Assembly: GCA_052426225.1 (NCBI GenBank)
Contig: JBNJNM010000010.1
Span: 1,054,001-1,118,000, forward strand
Origin: Zancudomyces culisetae HAW-14-8
Taxonomy: Eukaryota; Fungi; Kickxellomycota
DNA: 64,000 nucleotides
Direction: 5' to 3'
The position numbers were made by a program, and so were the translations under genes. Positions 13,757 to 26,464 of the stretch are shown here, in pieces (within the stretch, counting starts at the first letter, position 1; each line of letters starts with the position of its first letter). The notes under the pieces were generated by a model. That model had not been told where the DNA came from. It worked only from the letters and a program-made list of their open reading frames with translations, and ran no database searches.

Positions 13757-14031
13757 AAAAAAAAAAAAAAGAATGAACTTAGGAGGGCGCTAACGTCTTG
13801 GGCCACACAATCACGTGATTCGAATTAACTGCTCGAGATCCCGAAGGAGTTATCGGAGAGGTGAAACGGTCCGGTACTAGTCCCGAAGGACGTTATCGCG
13901 CACATTGGCCCCGTGAAACATCACATCCACTCTACAGCTAATTACTTCCCAATTACGGTCTTACAGCGAAGGATCGAACCAGGGTCCTGCAGAATATAAG
14001 TTCGACGCCTTAGCCACTCGACTATAAGCTC
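13757..14031 (-). ncRNA. Putative tRNA-derived Pol III unit (SINE-like or structured RNA) inside the chromovirus 3' UTR
   Basis: Minus strand: A box TAGTCGAGTGG (14014-14024), B box GGTTCGATCC (13971-13980), two c(UUCG)g hairpins (13880-13891, 13839-13848), T14 run (13757-13770). Confidence 0.6.
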
Positions 14032-14211
14032 ACATTTTTGTCCAAGATATTATTTTTATATATTTAAAATATTCTTTGAAGGGGGGATAATGTCAGAATC
14101 GCATTATTTACCCATAAGTTTTAATATTTATTTTTAATCATATTTAATTACCTTTGAATCCTAACTTGGGTACATTAAGTTTCCCAACTTAAATAAATTA
14201 GTTTCCTGACA

Positions 14212-16279
14212 CTTTATTGCCTATTTGCTTATGAGGTTACCATTGTTTTATTTTATGTCCCTCCTTTGAATTGAACAATACACCAAGGTAATTGAAATTT
14301 ATATTTTCGGCGATTAATGAAATTTGGAGTTACTGTTGTGGATTATCCACTGTAATTAAAACTGATTTATCAATATTAATGCGAGCATTTGCAGCATTGT
14401 AGTACTTATTGAGTAAATCATTTAATTTTTATGTCAACTCAATTTTTAATGCCGATAGCAATGTCGTCCGCTGTCATGAATATGACATGAAAATTTTTCA
14501 ATTAGTATTGTTACAATACTAATTCAAAACACTTATTTTAATTGACACATTTTGTTGTTTTAATCATTTACTTAAGTAATGATACTAACACAATACCAAA
14601 ATTATTATTATAACATTAATCTTACATTAATTAATTATAATATTAGTACATGTTTTTATTAGTAATATTTATTGAATATATACAGTAATATTTTTTCGCT
14701 ATGAAGTCCTTAGCGATAAAATATTATCTTATCCAAATAAAATATTTTCAAGCAACAATAGTACCTAGTGTCAATCGTGACATCCGCATATGCTATTGCA
14801 TTAAAAATTGCTCCAGGCAAATGAACGCATGATATTTCTTCATATATGGCCAGTAATAGTGGTTCTATTACTAGATTATATAGCAATGGTGATAGTGGGT
14901 CACCTTGCCGTAGGCCATTTTTTATTTTTATTGGATCAGTAAGATCCTTATTTACTACTACTCTGGTCGTAGCACCGTTGTAGATTTTTTGTATAAAATG
15001 TAAAAACCTAGGGCCAATACCGAAGGTTCTTAAACATCTATACATATATTCCCAATCGACCCTATCATAGGCTTTTTCTTGATCTAGAAGAATTCAATAT
15101 CCTTTATAGGTTTCAGGATCCATATTTCCAAATTTCAATAAGGTATTGGTTAGATGGATGTTATCAAAAATACTACGCTTTTTGATAAATCCTGTTTGAT
15201 TGGGTTCTACTAACAAGCGTATATACTTTTGCGATCGTGTTGCCAGTATCCTTATTAGTATCTTTTCGTCGCAGCTAGACAGACTAATTGGACTATAATT
15301 TTATGTCAAAGATGGGTTTCCTGGTTTGGGAATCGTTGTTATGATGGACCCCCAAGCCATTTATTGTACCCAATCATGTAAATATTAAATCTTCATATAG
15401 TATGTAAGTTGTTTCATTAATATATTTTTTATAAAATTCAAAAGTTAGGCCATCAGGACCTGGGGATATTTCCCATGGGCTGGTCATAATTGCCTCTTCA
15501 ATCTCTTCTTTGGATATTTCATTATCCATTTCTTCTCTTTGTTCCATGGTCAAAATATTTTCAATTATGCTCAATAAAAAATTTTGTCAATTTTTTTCTG
15601 TTTGACCTGATTCAAATAAATTACTGTATAAATTAAATATAGTATTTTTTTACAAACGTTGTTCTGTGATTAAGAAGCCGTTGTCATCTTTAGCGAATAA
15701 ATCATCTTATTACGATCTTTCACCTTTAGCATATTAAAGAAGTATTTGCTGGGTTTTTCATGTCCCATGTAAATAATTTTGTTTTGCTCTAATTGCCATT
15801 CCTTGGAATTTCATTTCAATTTTAATTTGAAATTTTTGCACTACAGCAAAGATTTCCGTGTTTAAAATTTTATTTGATGCGGATTTGATATATGAATAAA
15901 TTGCATTTTTTTTCCTTCAATTCCCTAACTAAAAAATTAATAGGTTTCGTATTATTTTATACCCAACCAAATGGTATACTCTTTTATTTAATTTAAATGT
16001 TGCTTAATTGTCTAATGGACATTCACTAATGTAAATTGAAAAGTGTCTCCATTGAAAGTTTGAAATGATCATTATTTAAAAAGTTGGAATTAAATTACCA
16101 AGTTTCTATAGGTTCTTTTGTTAGCGTTTTCTGTTTGAATTTCACATAAACTAAATGAAAGTGATTTATGGTCAGAATATGGGACATTATTTATCGAAAT
16201 AGTATTGACATTTTTTAATAGGTTATTAAACACTAAAATATGGTCATTATTAGTTTTTTATTAGCCATTTATATTTACC
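14212..16279 (-). mobile_element. Decayed non-LTR retrotransposon (LINE) RT region
   Basis: SPGPDGLTFEFYK, DWEYMY, GLRQGDPLSPLLYNLVIEPL, YAD|D split by a solo LTR; many stops; boundaries approximate. Confidence 0.88.
14472..14782. repeat. Solo LTR (TGTCATGA...TCGTGACA) inserted in the LINE YADD motif
   Basis: Perfect 5-bp TSD TCCGC (14467-14471, 14783-14787). Confidence 0.9.
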
Positions 16280-16646
16280 TGTCATGAACTGATTCTAGAA
16301 TGTTGAAAACATACTAGAATCATCTAATTTATTCCGTAGTAATGTTTAGAATGTTCCCCAACATTCTAGAACATTACCGAAAACTCACTTTATTTCTTAA
16401 TTTTTCTTACGTAATAATTTTCACATGTTTAATTTTATAGCATTCGAGTTTGATTTTTGTTTGATTACTAATCAAATTGGTTTAGTAATCAAACACGTTT
16501 TACTTTAGCTTGATATTTAGCTATTCCGCAGTTTACATGTGATTATGTTCAAAATTCAAGGCATGGAAAAAAATATTATTGGGTTACAATTTTCCTGTCT
16601 TGGATTCAGTATCTAGTATCTTTTATACATACATTCAATACACTTA
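16280..16646. repeat. LTR (same family as 8423-8629) interrupted by Tc1
   Basis: Similar to 8423-8629 over about 200 bp; distal end not located. Confidence 0.65.
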
Positions 16647-18208
16647 CAGTGAGTTTCAAAAATGTCTATAAATATTGAAAATAATTTGCAAAGTGTAATA
16701 TCTCGCGCAATAATATTCATAAATTATATAATATTTAAATTTTATTATGCACAATAAATATGATTTAATTTTATATAATTTGTAAATTAATTAATTTAAA
16801 ATGCATGAAGAAATTGATATATGAAAAAAAATTAATATTTAGACAATTTTTGGAATTTTACAAAAGCAAAATTTAAACTATCATAACATTATGAATTCCA
16901 ATCTTAAATTTTTAAAACAATTATATATAATAGTATTTTAATTATTTTAATAATTATAATATTAATCTTAACAAATAATGATAGCTGAACACGTAAACTG
17001 GATCCAAAAAACTCGTAACTTGAAAGAAGAAGCATTGACCAAATCATTATAGAAAATGGAGTTAGTAAAGCAACAACATACAGAATTAAAGCAGCTATGA
17101 ATATAAATATACCGGCTAATAAACGCGGTCGTCCTGCGAAGCTTTCACCCCAAAGCAAGCGAATATGTACTTGAAAATATTATCTGGAGAGTAACGATCT
17201 GCTACTTCATTACAATGGAAGTTAGAAATCGATATTATTGTTAGTGCTAGTAAGTCTACAATATATAGGGCATTTAATGATCTAAAAGCCGTTGAAAAAA
17301 AAATCCTCCAAACCGAAACTGAGCCTTAAAAATATTGCAAAAAGGTTGAGATTCGCAAAATCTCATCGCCACAGGACTACTAATGATTGGAGACAAGTAT
17401 TAAGGTCCGACAAAACTAAAATCAACCGATTTGGATCTGATGGAAATGAATGGACTTGGGTTCGTGATGGTGTGAGTCTACAGCCGCACAATATTAACCA
17501 GACCGTAAAACACGGTGGAGTATTATTGATGATATGAGGATGCATCACAGCATTTGGAACTGGCTACATGTGCCGAATAGAAGGAATGTTAAACAAGGAA
17601 GGTTATTTAAACATTTTAAAAGACGAGCTTAGCAATACAATAAGTACTACAAGTTGGATCCCAAGTCAATAATATTTCAACATGACAATGATCCTAAACA
17701 TACCGCAAAGTTAGTTACCAGCTGGCTTGAAAACCAGGAATATAATACATTGGACTGGCCACCACAATTTCCAGACTTAAACCCAATCGAAACTATATGG
17801 GCAATCATCAAAAGACGCCTAAATAGATACAGTAAACCTCCGTCCGGGATGATCGAATTATGGGAGCGAATAGAAACGGAATGGAATTTAATTTCAGTGG
17901 AAACAATACTTGGTCTTATAGATAGTATGCCCAAAAGAGTTGAGGCAGTTATTAAGTCTAAAGGAAGGTGGACAGAATTTTAAAGTTTTTTTTTTGAAAA
18001 ATTTCCAAAATTGTCTCATTTTTATAATTTTTTCAGTTTATAATTTTATAATGAATTTTTAACCAATAATAATACTAATTATATAAATTAAATTAGACCA
18101 ATTGTGCATTATATTATATAAAATTAACTAATTTCTGGATTTTATTGAGCGAGATATTACACTTTGAAAATTATTATCATTATTTTGAGACATTTTTGAA
18201 ACTCATTG
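16647..18208 (+). mobile_element. Tc1/mariner DNA transposon with roughly 210-bp TIRs
   Basis: TA|CAGTGAGTTTCAAAAATGTCT ... AGACATTTTTGAAACTCATTG|TA; TA target duplication. Confidence 0.93.
16990..17983 (+). pseudogene. Tc1-family DD34E transposase, disrupted
   Basis: RGRPAKLS, WRQVLRSDKTKINRFGSDG, QHDNDPKHTA, WPPQFPDLNPIETIW; stops and frameshifts; start approximate. Confidence 0.9.
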
Positions 18209-18514
18209 TATATTAATAAATTTGTCTGTTGCGACTATTTAAATGTATTTGTAAGTTTAATAAATTTGTATATATATTACTTAATTTTTCGGATATATTT
18301 AATCATGTTTGTTGTTTTATTATACATAATTATTGTAATATATTTTACGGCTAATAAACGTTATTTGGTAATAAAGCATTAGTAACATAAATTTTAATAT
18401 AACTTTATCATATTTTAAAAAGTATAATGTCCCTAGATTTTGCTATAAAATAGATTTCTATATCCGACAACAAATGTCACTAACAAAGAAATATAGTACA
18501 AATAATATTCATAA

Positions 18515-19251
18515 TGTCGGACGTGACCGGGTAGGTCACGTTCTTTGGTCGGGTTTCTGATAGTCAGAAACTCCTGCTTAACTATCTCCCCTAGTTCATG
18601 GAAGGGATCCTGTGACTGTTCCGGTTCTATATCCATATTGGATACTTCTGAACGGTCATTGTCGGAAGAATAGCGTCCCTCATCCTTGAACTGTTGGATG
18701 ATGGCTGAACGGAGTTGCTGCATCAGACCTGACATTGAGATTTTAGTAATGTTTTAATTATATGTTCTTTTACATATTTAGCCGTAGCACTATTAAACTT
18801 TATAAACATACAGCCTTGTTTAAACGAGTACTTTGTTGTTTAACTGTTTTCTTTATTTCCTTATTTTTAACTTGTTTCTTAAAACTACTAAAAGAGCTTA
18901 GGAATCCTCATTGAGTCTTCCTTCGCTTATATATATATACTATATCGTTTAACCTACTAAAAGCTAATTCAAATAACCTATGTTTCTACGTAATATACTG
19001 AGTTGTATCGTGTGGTTTCGTTTTTTCATCGTTTTCGTATTCATATTGTTCATATATTTGAATGTTGATTTTCTATAATCTTTTTTAATTGTATTTTTCG
19101 TTTTATAATTTTTCTTTGATTATTAAATTTTTTTCAATTGACTAAATAGTATTGTTGTATTTATGATCAACGTTAATTTACTTTAGTTGATTATTGTGTG
19201 GTAAATAAAATGGTATATAAAATATTTCGAGTGAGGTAAAAATATGCGACA
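18515..19251 (-). repeat. Solo LTR containing the start of an ORF (ATG at 18735)
   Basis: TGTCG...CGACA ends, 4-bp TSD ATAA; second decayed copy ending at 63168. Confidence 0.75.
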
Positions 19252-19459
19252 ATAACTTAACCAGGTTTTTATAGAATTCCAAATTAAAATTCATTATATA
19301 TATAATTTTAAAACTTAATTTTTATTATGATATTAAATATTGATGAAATACTCAATTTAACCACAAATTAATTTAATGTAAATTTAATAGTATTTAGTAA
19401 TGTATTGTTTTTCAATGGTAATGAATAAATATTTATTGTATTCATAGATTATTGTATTA

Positions 19460-19854
19460 TGATATGAATTAGTTATTACAATTTAGCTTAAATAGTTTTA
19501 ATTAATAATTTATTTTATTAATAATTTAATTGTAACATGAACACGCAACGTTACAATCACAAAATTAGTAACGCTCATGTTAACGTGATTAATCACATTA
19601 AGGTCTAGGAGAAAAATTCCCAACGGGATTAAGACATATGTATATGTCTGGATGTGATTAACATCCTGAAAATCACATAATGTTAATTAACTTCATGCAC
19701 ATGAAATATTTTGTCTTAATTTTCACCTTTCCTTTCAAGTATTTAAACCCCGACAAAAATGTCGATGGAAGAGGCAGTGAAAAATATTCTCTTCATTTAG
19801 GAAGTTAAAATCTTCAAAATATGTATTATCTATAAACTCTAATAAAACCTAACA
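19460..19854. repeat. Solo LTR, diverged
   Basis: Inverted homolog of 30122-30532 (shared TTGTAACRTGAACAYGCAACG and GGCAGTGAAAA blocks). Confidence 0.65.
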
Positions 19855-20599
19855 ATATATACATTAAATATTTAGAATATTATGGGAATCAACAGAAGAT
19901 GTTCATTGATTATGTCCATAATATTAAGTATTTAATTTTATAATATAATAATATCGCATTAATAAGGATTGATTTTAAAACAATAAATACAATTATTATT
20001 TCATAACAATGTATATGAATATATAATATTAATCCAATATTACAACTCCTAATTATTCTATAATTTTAATATCGATATTAAGTTGATTATCAAATAAATG
20101 CTATTTAATATATTATAAATACACTAAATATACATGTTTGTGTTTAAAAATTAATGTTTAACAATGTGTGTATTAATATTGCAAAATATTTATATAATTA
20201 CTAAATTAATAGGATAAAGTATATAATTATCGAAATTTTTATACATGTTGTACATGAAAACTGTAACATGGATTCATGACATTGAGACAAGTTGAACAAA
20301 GTTAAAAATATATGTAAAGCTGACTTAGAGCTCTATCGTTTTAGTATTACGGGCCACGGAAACAGGCGATTCTAGCAATAACAGTTATATGGGTGTGAAA
20401 ATAGGTGAAACCAGTTAACACACAACTAATAATTTATATGCATGAATCTTCTAGTTAAATTTTGGTTTCTCGGATTACAAATATTATAATTATACTATTA
20501 ATTTGTACATCATCCGTATAATTGTTTCAGATTTTTTACAGTTAAATCGATAACATTATAAGAGAATTGATAAGAGTTAAAAAAGTATATACATCAAGT

Positions 20600-23060
20600 G
20601 TCTCCGATTTGATCTACAGTATAGCACGGTAGTTCCACCTATTAAGATGTTTGTAGTGGAACATAAATCATTATCATTAACTCTAATACCATTTCAATTA
20701 ACTTTAAATTATCGGGTTAATACACTTCTCAAGACTAAGATAGCGGCAGTGTTTTTGATTCCGGCAGTTCGAGTTATGATATCTGGTAATTTTGATTTAA
20801 AGAATGAAGATAAACTAATATTTATTCGGAATATACAACTTGCGAATCGCTTGACGTTAAAATGGTCGGCTAGCCCCTCTCACTGATGTGTTTGCGGACT
20901 CGTTTGCTGGGCAGGTGATATACACTGTATTTGATTTTATTCAGGGTACGACCAGATACCGCTCGATTAATTGACAAGAGACATGTAATCTTTCAATATT
21001 CCTTAGTCCTGATCAAAACGACCATGCTACCTATTGATACTACAAACTCTGTAGCTATATTTCAAATGGTTATCGTTAAGGTGAAATATAAGTATATTCC
21101 TGACAAATAAAATATTATTATCGACAACGGAGGCATCAAAGGATCAAAGTTTAAAGATGAAAGTATAGTTCTACCTGGTGTAAGAAGATTTGTATACGAC
21201 CACATAATGGATTGCAAGGAAATGCTAAAGGAGATATTAAAGGCAGGTTTAACAATTTCATTGGAAAAATCAAAGTTTGGAAAAAAAAGTATTGACATTG
21301 TAGGTTTTAGATGTGACGAACAGGGTCGCCAACCTCTTGCTAGCAATGTAAACGAAATAATAATTGGTAAACGATTTCTAACTTAAAAGAAGTAGAGGAT
21401 TTATAGCTATAGTGGGATATTAAAGAAATTTTTTATAACAATTTCTCTCTAATAATGGAACCAATGTTTGAACTTACTAGGAATGGGAAAAAGGTTTCAA
21501 TGGGGTGATGTACAATATGAAAGTTTTGAAAAGGCAAAACTAATTATAAATACATATCTGGTAATTAGACCGATAAATAAGAATAACATAATGATACTAG
21601 TTGTAGATGCTAGCCGATCGGAGTGGGTGGTGTTTTAGAACAAGAAGACAATAATCACAGGTATGCTTGCAGATATGAAAGCATGATATATAATTCTACA
21701 GAAAAAAGTTATGGACAGAAGAAGAGGGAGTTACGAAGTATATTTAAAATGATTAAAAAATTTAAAAATTACATATATGAAGCAGGGTTCATTTTAGAAA
21801 CTGATGCAAGATCAGTAATCGCAATTCTCAATAATCCAGATATACCTGACGCTGTTGTAAGTATGTGGATAGCTTACATTAAGGTATTTATTTTTGAAAT
21901 TAGGTATATAAAAGGCGAAAAAAATGTAGTTACTTATTCGGTATCTCTAGAAAATTGTAGACAACACAATCCTAAAAGTGAAGACTCCGACGAGAGTATA
22001 AAATTAATTGGGCATTTAATTACGGATGAAGTTGATCCGAAGCTGTTAAAAGTTGAACAATTTTTAAAAAATTTAAAATTACCTAAAAAAGTATAAGGGA
22101 GCGACAAAAAATAAGAAACCTAGCAAAAGAGTTTTTAATAATGGATGGAGTAATGTTTAAGCGAAAGAAGCCCGGGGAAGTACCAAAACGGGTTCTACTA
22201 GAAAAAAATATGCAAGTAGCAGCGATTAAGAAGGTGCATTGTGGTACTGCGGGTACACACAGATCAAAAAAATTATACTTATGATTTAATAAGAAATAGT
22301 ACTACTGGAATAATATGTATAGGGATACTGAAGAAATAGTAAATTATGCAGGATATGTCAGTTTACTTCGACACGAAGAGTTGAAGAGCCGTTAACACCG
22401 ATGACGGGTGCAGATTTGTTTGAAGTATGGGGTGTAGACTGTGTAATTATGCCCTAATCAAAAGGATGTAGGATACTAATTGTGGCAAGAGATGACATGT
22501 CAGGATGGATAGAAGCTAAAGCTCTAAATACTAACTGTGCAAACGAAGTTAACAGATTTTTTTATGAAAATATAATTTCTAGGTTTGGGTGTGTAAAAGC
22601 AATAAGAGGTGGTAGAGGAGAGATAGCAGCTTCACAGATAAAAAATATGCTACAAAAATATGGATTAAATGCAAGGCCAACATCTAGCTATCACCCACAA
22701 TTGAATACAATGGTCGAACGAGGACATCAACCATTTGTAAATTCCTTAAAAATTACTGTCTAGAAACTAATAGCGAATGGACTGATAATTTACATAAGCC
22801 ATTATGGGATGACAGAATTACAACAAAAAGGACTAAGGGTTCCCACCATTTACACTAGTTTATGGGAAAAATTGAGTTTTACCAGCTGAACACTATCATG
22901 TAGTCGAAGAATATATATTGGAAAACACCCATGTCGACAGAGGAACTTTTATTAAACAGGATCAAACAAATATAACGAAAGAATGCTTTGATAGAGGAAG
23001 GAAAAAAAAGCCCAGGCGAGTCTAGAAACATGGGAAAAAAATACTACTACGGACGGCAAG
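20600..23060 (+). pseudogene. Heavily decayed Ty3/Gypsy pol (RT-RNase H-IN) of a third lineage
   Basis: GGVLEQED...YACRYES, LETDAR, ARDDMSGWIEAKAL, YHPQLNTMVERGHQP; boundaries approximate. Confidence 0.85.
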
Positions 23061-23715
23061 AATAAGATAATCACCGTTTGTACAAGATGTTAGGTGTTAT
23101 GAAAACATCTAGTATATAAGTTTTGTATTTGGCTATTTTATTAATTAATAAATATTACTATTATTTACTTAATTATATAATTGGTGTAAATAAAATGTAT
23201 AAGATATTATAAATAATATTATTTTGCTTAATATTTTTCAAGTTCTGATGTTTTTTACATAAACAAAACTACAAAAGTAATATAGAGATATCGTTTTACA
23301 TATTTTGATTATACGACTAAAATTAGTCTCTTATGATTTAGTATTTATATTTATATATATCTTAATAAATTTTAGAAGTCGATAAGGATACATAATCAAT
23401 AATATTTACACTGCTAGTTATTAGTTTTAAATGAATTTGATATTTTTTCTATATGTAGTTATTGAAAATGTAAGAAATATATGTTTGGATTTATATCAAA
23501 AACTATCAATTTTTATTAGAATGAAACCCTTTCGAAATTATGTTTGTGAAATTATAATATACTTAATTTTAAATATTTCAACCACCCATATTAAAACTAC
23601 AATTAATATCTTGTATAGTAAAACTTAATAATTAGTATTAATACAGTATATTTATATAAAAAAAACTAATAATATACAATCTTAAGAAATAATATATCTC
23701 AGTTGTGTCAGCGAC

Positions 23716-24121
23716 TGTCAGGACCTGACAACTAAGTATTATTAAATTTATTTTATTTATTTATATAAAGTAGTATATATCTTGTGAAGATATTTTATTG
23801 CTGAAGCTTCTATTTCAATAAAATCTATTGCTATATATACTTATCCAAAACTAATAAAAAAATATGAAAAACATTGTTATAACTATATAGAAAATTCTAG
23901 AATGTTAGAATTCTAGATTGATTACTAATCAATTGATAAGTAATGTAAAACGTGTAAATTGCGCAGCAAAATTTTGTAATTTCAACACGTTACTAAATTA
24001 CCTAATCTACTGAGCAATCAACAAAATAATATTTCCCAGAAGATATTTGAGTAATTAGCGCAGCAATTTAGTAATTAAATACAACACGTGTATGTATTAC
24101 AATGGCATGATATTCATGACA
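23716..24121. repeat. Solo LTR (TGTCAGGACCTGACA...TTCATGACA)
   Basis: Inverted homolog at 62579-62985; no clean TSD. Confidence 0.75.
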
Positions 24122-24351
24122 GTATCTAGGATCAGCGATTAATATTCTCACAATACGATTAACCTTAAATTTTATTGAGAGCAAAATAACAGATCCTTAT
24201 TACTTTATCTTTTAGTAATATTTATTGTTAACAATTTAATTAATAGTATAACGGATATTAGATTATGCAAAGCTAATATCCAGTGTTTTGTATTTTACCT
24301 TCAAATTCACAATAAATTAATACGTAGAAAAATTTTAAATTTTATACGACA

Positions 24352-25370
24352 TGTTGGATAATAAACTAAACTGAAGTGTTGTCCCAATTTTATTTGTTAG
24401 TTTTATTTATGTATTTTATAGAATTAGTATAAATATGTATGAATTGAATTAATTAATAATTGTAATATTCCAAAGATAAAAAATAGTATAATAAATTTAC
24501 ATACTATAGAAATTGACCCGTCCCGAAATGTTATGAACACAAATATTGTTACAAATAATTGTTCATCATTGGAATCGATCCCTAAACCTTCTTACTTCAA
24601 TAAAAACTCTACTACCAAATGACACCTTTTCCAAATTCTTCCAGAACATTCTAGAACAATCTAGAACCTTTCCAATTCTAAATTCAATTCTACCAAACGT
24701 AAGCATAATCTAGCTGACATAAACCAATTTCAATTACGACTGCATAATCATGCTGACATAAGTTAATTTCAATTTCGACTGCATGATCATGCTGACACAA
24801 CCCAACAACTTTTTATAATTGCATTGTTATGCGAATCTAATTCCCGTATCCACCGATACACTCCTACCTTGTAGACCTCAACTAACATCCCAAAATCATA
24901 TCTGATTCCACTGCTAAATTCTGTATCATTCGATCATGCCAGATTTTTGCATCTATCATACAAACAATAATCGTATAGTTAATTTGTCGCTTAACACAAT
25001 ATTCCACTTAGAATATTCCCATTTGAGGCCGAGGGTAAATAACGTATGAATATTCTACAATTCAATATACTTATACTAATAGCTATTAGTATAAAATTCC
25101 AGTACCGGTACCAGGAATTATAACTATAAAAACCGACTCGATTCATCGGCCGATGGAAGTTAGAGTAATTATGTCTTATTCCTTAATTGCTAAATTTAAT
25201 ATTATGCCTTTAATTAACTATTATATAATATCTTAAATACAAAGCATCTCGACCTCAAGGATAAGTAATAATTCACCCCAACCTTGGATACTTGAATATA
25301 CCGTTCCTAACACAAAAGTAATTGGTAGCGAAAGTTACCAAGTAGGAGCAGAGATTAACACTACAATACA
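24352..25370. repeat. Solo LTR, family A, interrupted by a nested LTR
   Basis: Both halves align to the reverse complement of 3045-3277. Confidence 0.8.
24529..25312. repeat. Nested 784-bp solo LTR
   Basis: TGTTATGAAC...GTTCCTAACA; TSD CGAAA/CAAAA (one mismatch). Confidence 0.78.
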
Positions 25371-25374
25371 CAAC

Positions 25375-25831
25375 TGTAGTATTATTTTATTTTGAATACT
25401 AGTAAATATTTATTTGTTAAAGATTTATTATATATAAAGTAATCAGATATTTAAATAGTTCGATACCTTCTCTATTAAAGCGTGAAGAAAAGTTGGGGTT
25501 TATATAGTTTTTCAGTATGTCAACATTGTTTTGAACTCACTACATGTCCTTCTGTTGTTCAAACATGTTTTATTAATTTATGCGTTGTTTATCTTTTCTA
25601 CCCATTTATTTCTTATCATGTTAACAGTTTACTCAAAACAGCATCGTTAACCCGTGTTAAACACACGTGGTTTGGTGTAATTTATCCGCATGATAAATTA
25701 CACTGATTTATTTGAAACATATTAATGCGTTAATAATATTTATCGATATTAATATAAGAATTAAACGAATGTAGGGGAAAAACCCAGTGGGAAAAAGTGT
25801 TCATACATATACTATAAAAACTAATACGATA
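25375..25831. repeat. Solo LTR, family B
   Basis: Reverse-complement homolog of 3282-3741; 4-bp spacer CAAC to the previous LTR. Confidence 0.78.
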
Positions 25832-25833
25832 CA

Positions 25834-26459
25834 TGTCGTATAATATTTTATACTTTATAAAAATAGGGTATGGAAATTGAAGAAATTCAATGGAAATACG
25901 TAATCAAAATTATTTTAGAAATTGGACTCTTTTTTTTTTTGACAATTTTAGTTAGGTTTTTTTAGTGTGAAATTTCGATTGTAAGTTTAGGTTCATATCT
26001 TATCTTTTTAGAAAAAAAACACATATACTAAGAGTTTGCAGTTTTTAGCCATTAGTAGATATTTTTTAAGATCATTATAACGGATTAAGTGAGCCCATTA
26101 ATCGTAGCCACAAGTAGATTTTACACCACTTAATCCCTAAAAACCATCATAACTATTAAATAAACGGAAGTACTATATAAATATACAAATTCGTTGCCAC
26201 AATTATGTTGTATGCCTACAATAGGCGAAACATTTCCATTGGTTAATTGTGTTTTGTAATTTTTAGTTAGATTTTTTGTAGATTTTATTGTATAAAATTG
26301 AAATTTTTGTTTAACTAAATAAATGTCCTCTTTTGCAAAATCCAAAGTACTATATATTAATTCGCAGCATATAGTAAATGGTAAGTAAAATGACCCGTCC
26401 CGTGTGTTATTTGGTGTAAAAAACACTAAATGGGACCTTAAACATGGCAACACACAACA
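25834..26459. repeat. Solo LTR or LTRs (TGTCGTATA...ACACAACA)
   Basis: LTR-type ends; contains the GACCCGTCCCG motif shared with family A; may be composite. Confidence 0.6.
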
Positions 26460-26464
26460 ATTAT

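Larger units (their letters stand above)
8630..14211 (+). mobile_element. Chromovirus (Tf1/sushi-like Ty3/Gypsy) with 121-bp LTRs (8630-8750, 14091-14211)
   Basis: Direct repeats TGTCAG...CTGACA with about 3 mismatches; PPT GAAGGGGGGATAA at 14078-14090; self-complementary PBS; no TSD (GATTA vs CTTTA). Confidence 0.95.

Noticed and set aside
13820-13925. Possible hammerhead or other known ribozyme (GAAAC motifs and hairpins)
   Set aside because: No CUGANGA core on either strand; kept only as an unassigned structured RNA.
13957-14031. Functional tRNA gene
   Set aside because: T stem and anticodon stem do not pair properly; treated as tRNA-derived.
19900-20281. Another possible solo LTR ending CATGGATTCATGACA
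   Set aside because: Could not fix the other end, a TSD or a second copy.
23431-26453. Small AT-rich ORFs (23431-23628, 25482-25706, 26130-26453)
   Set aside because: They lie within or between LTRs, have low-complexity composition and show no protein motifs.
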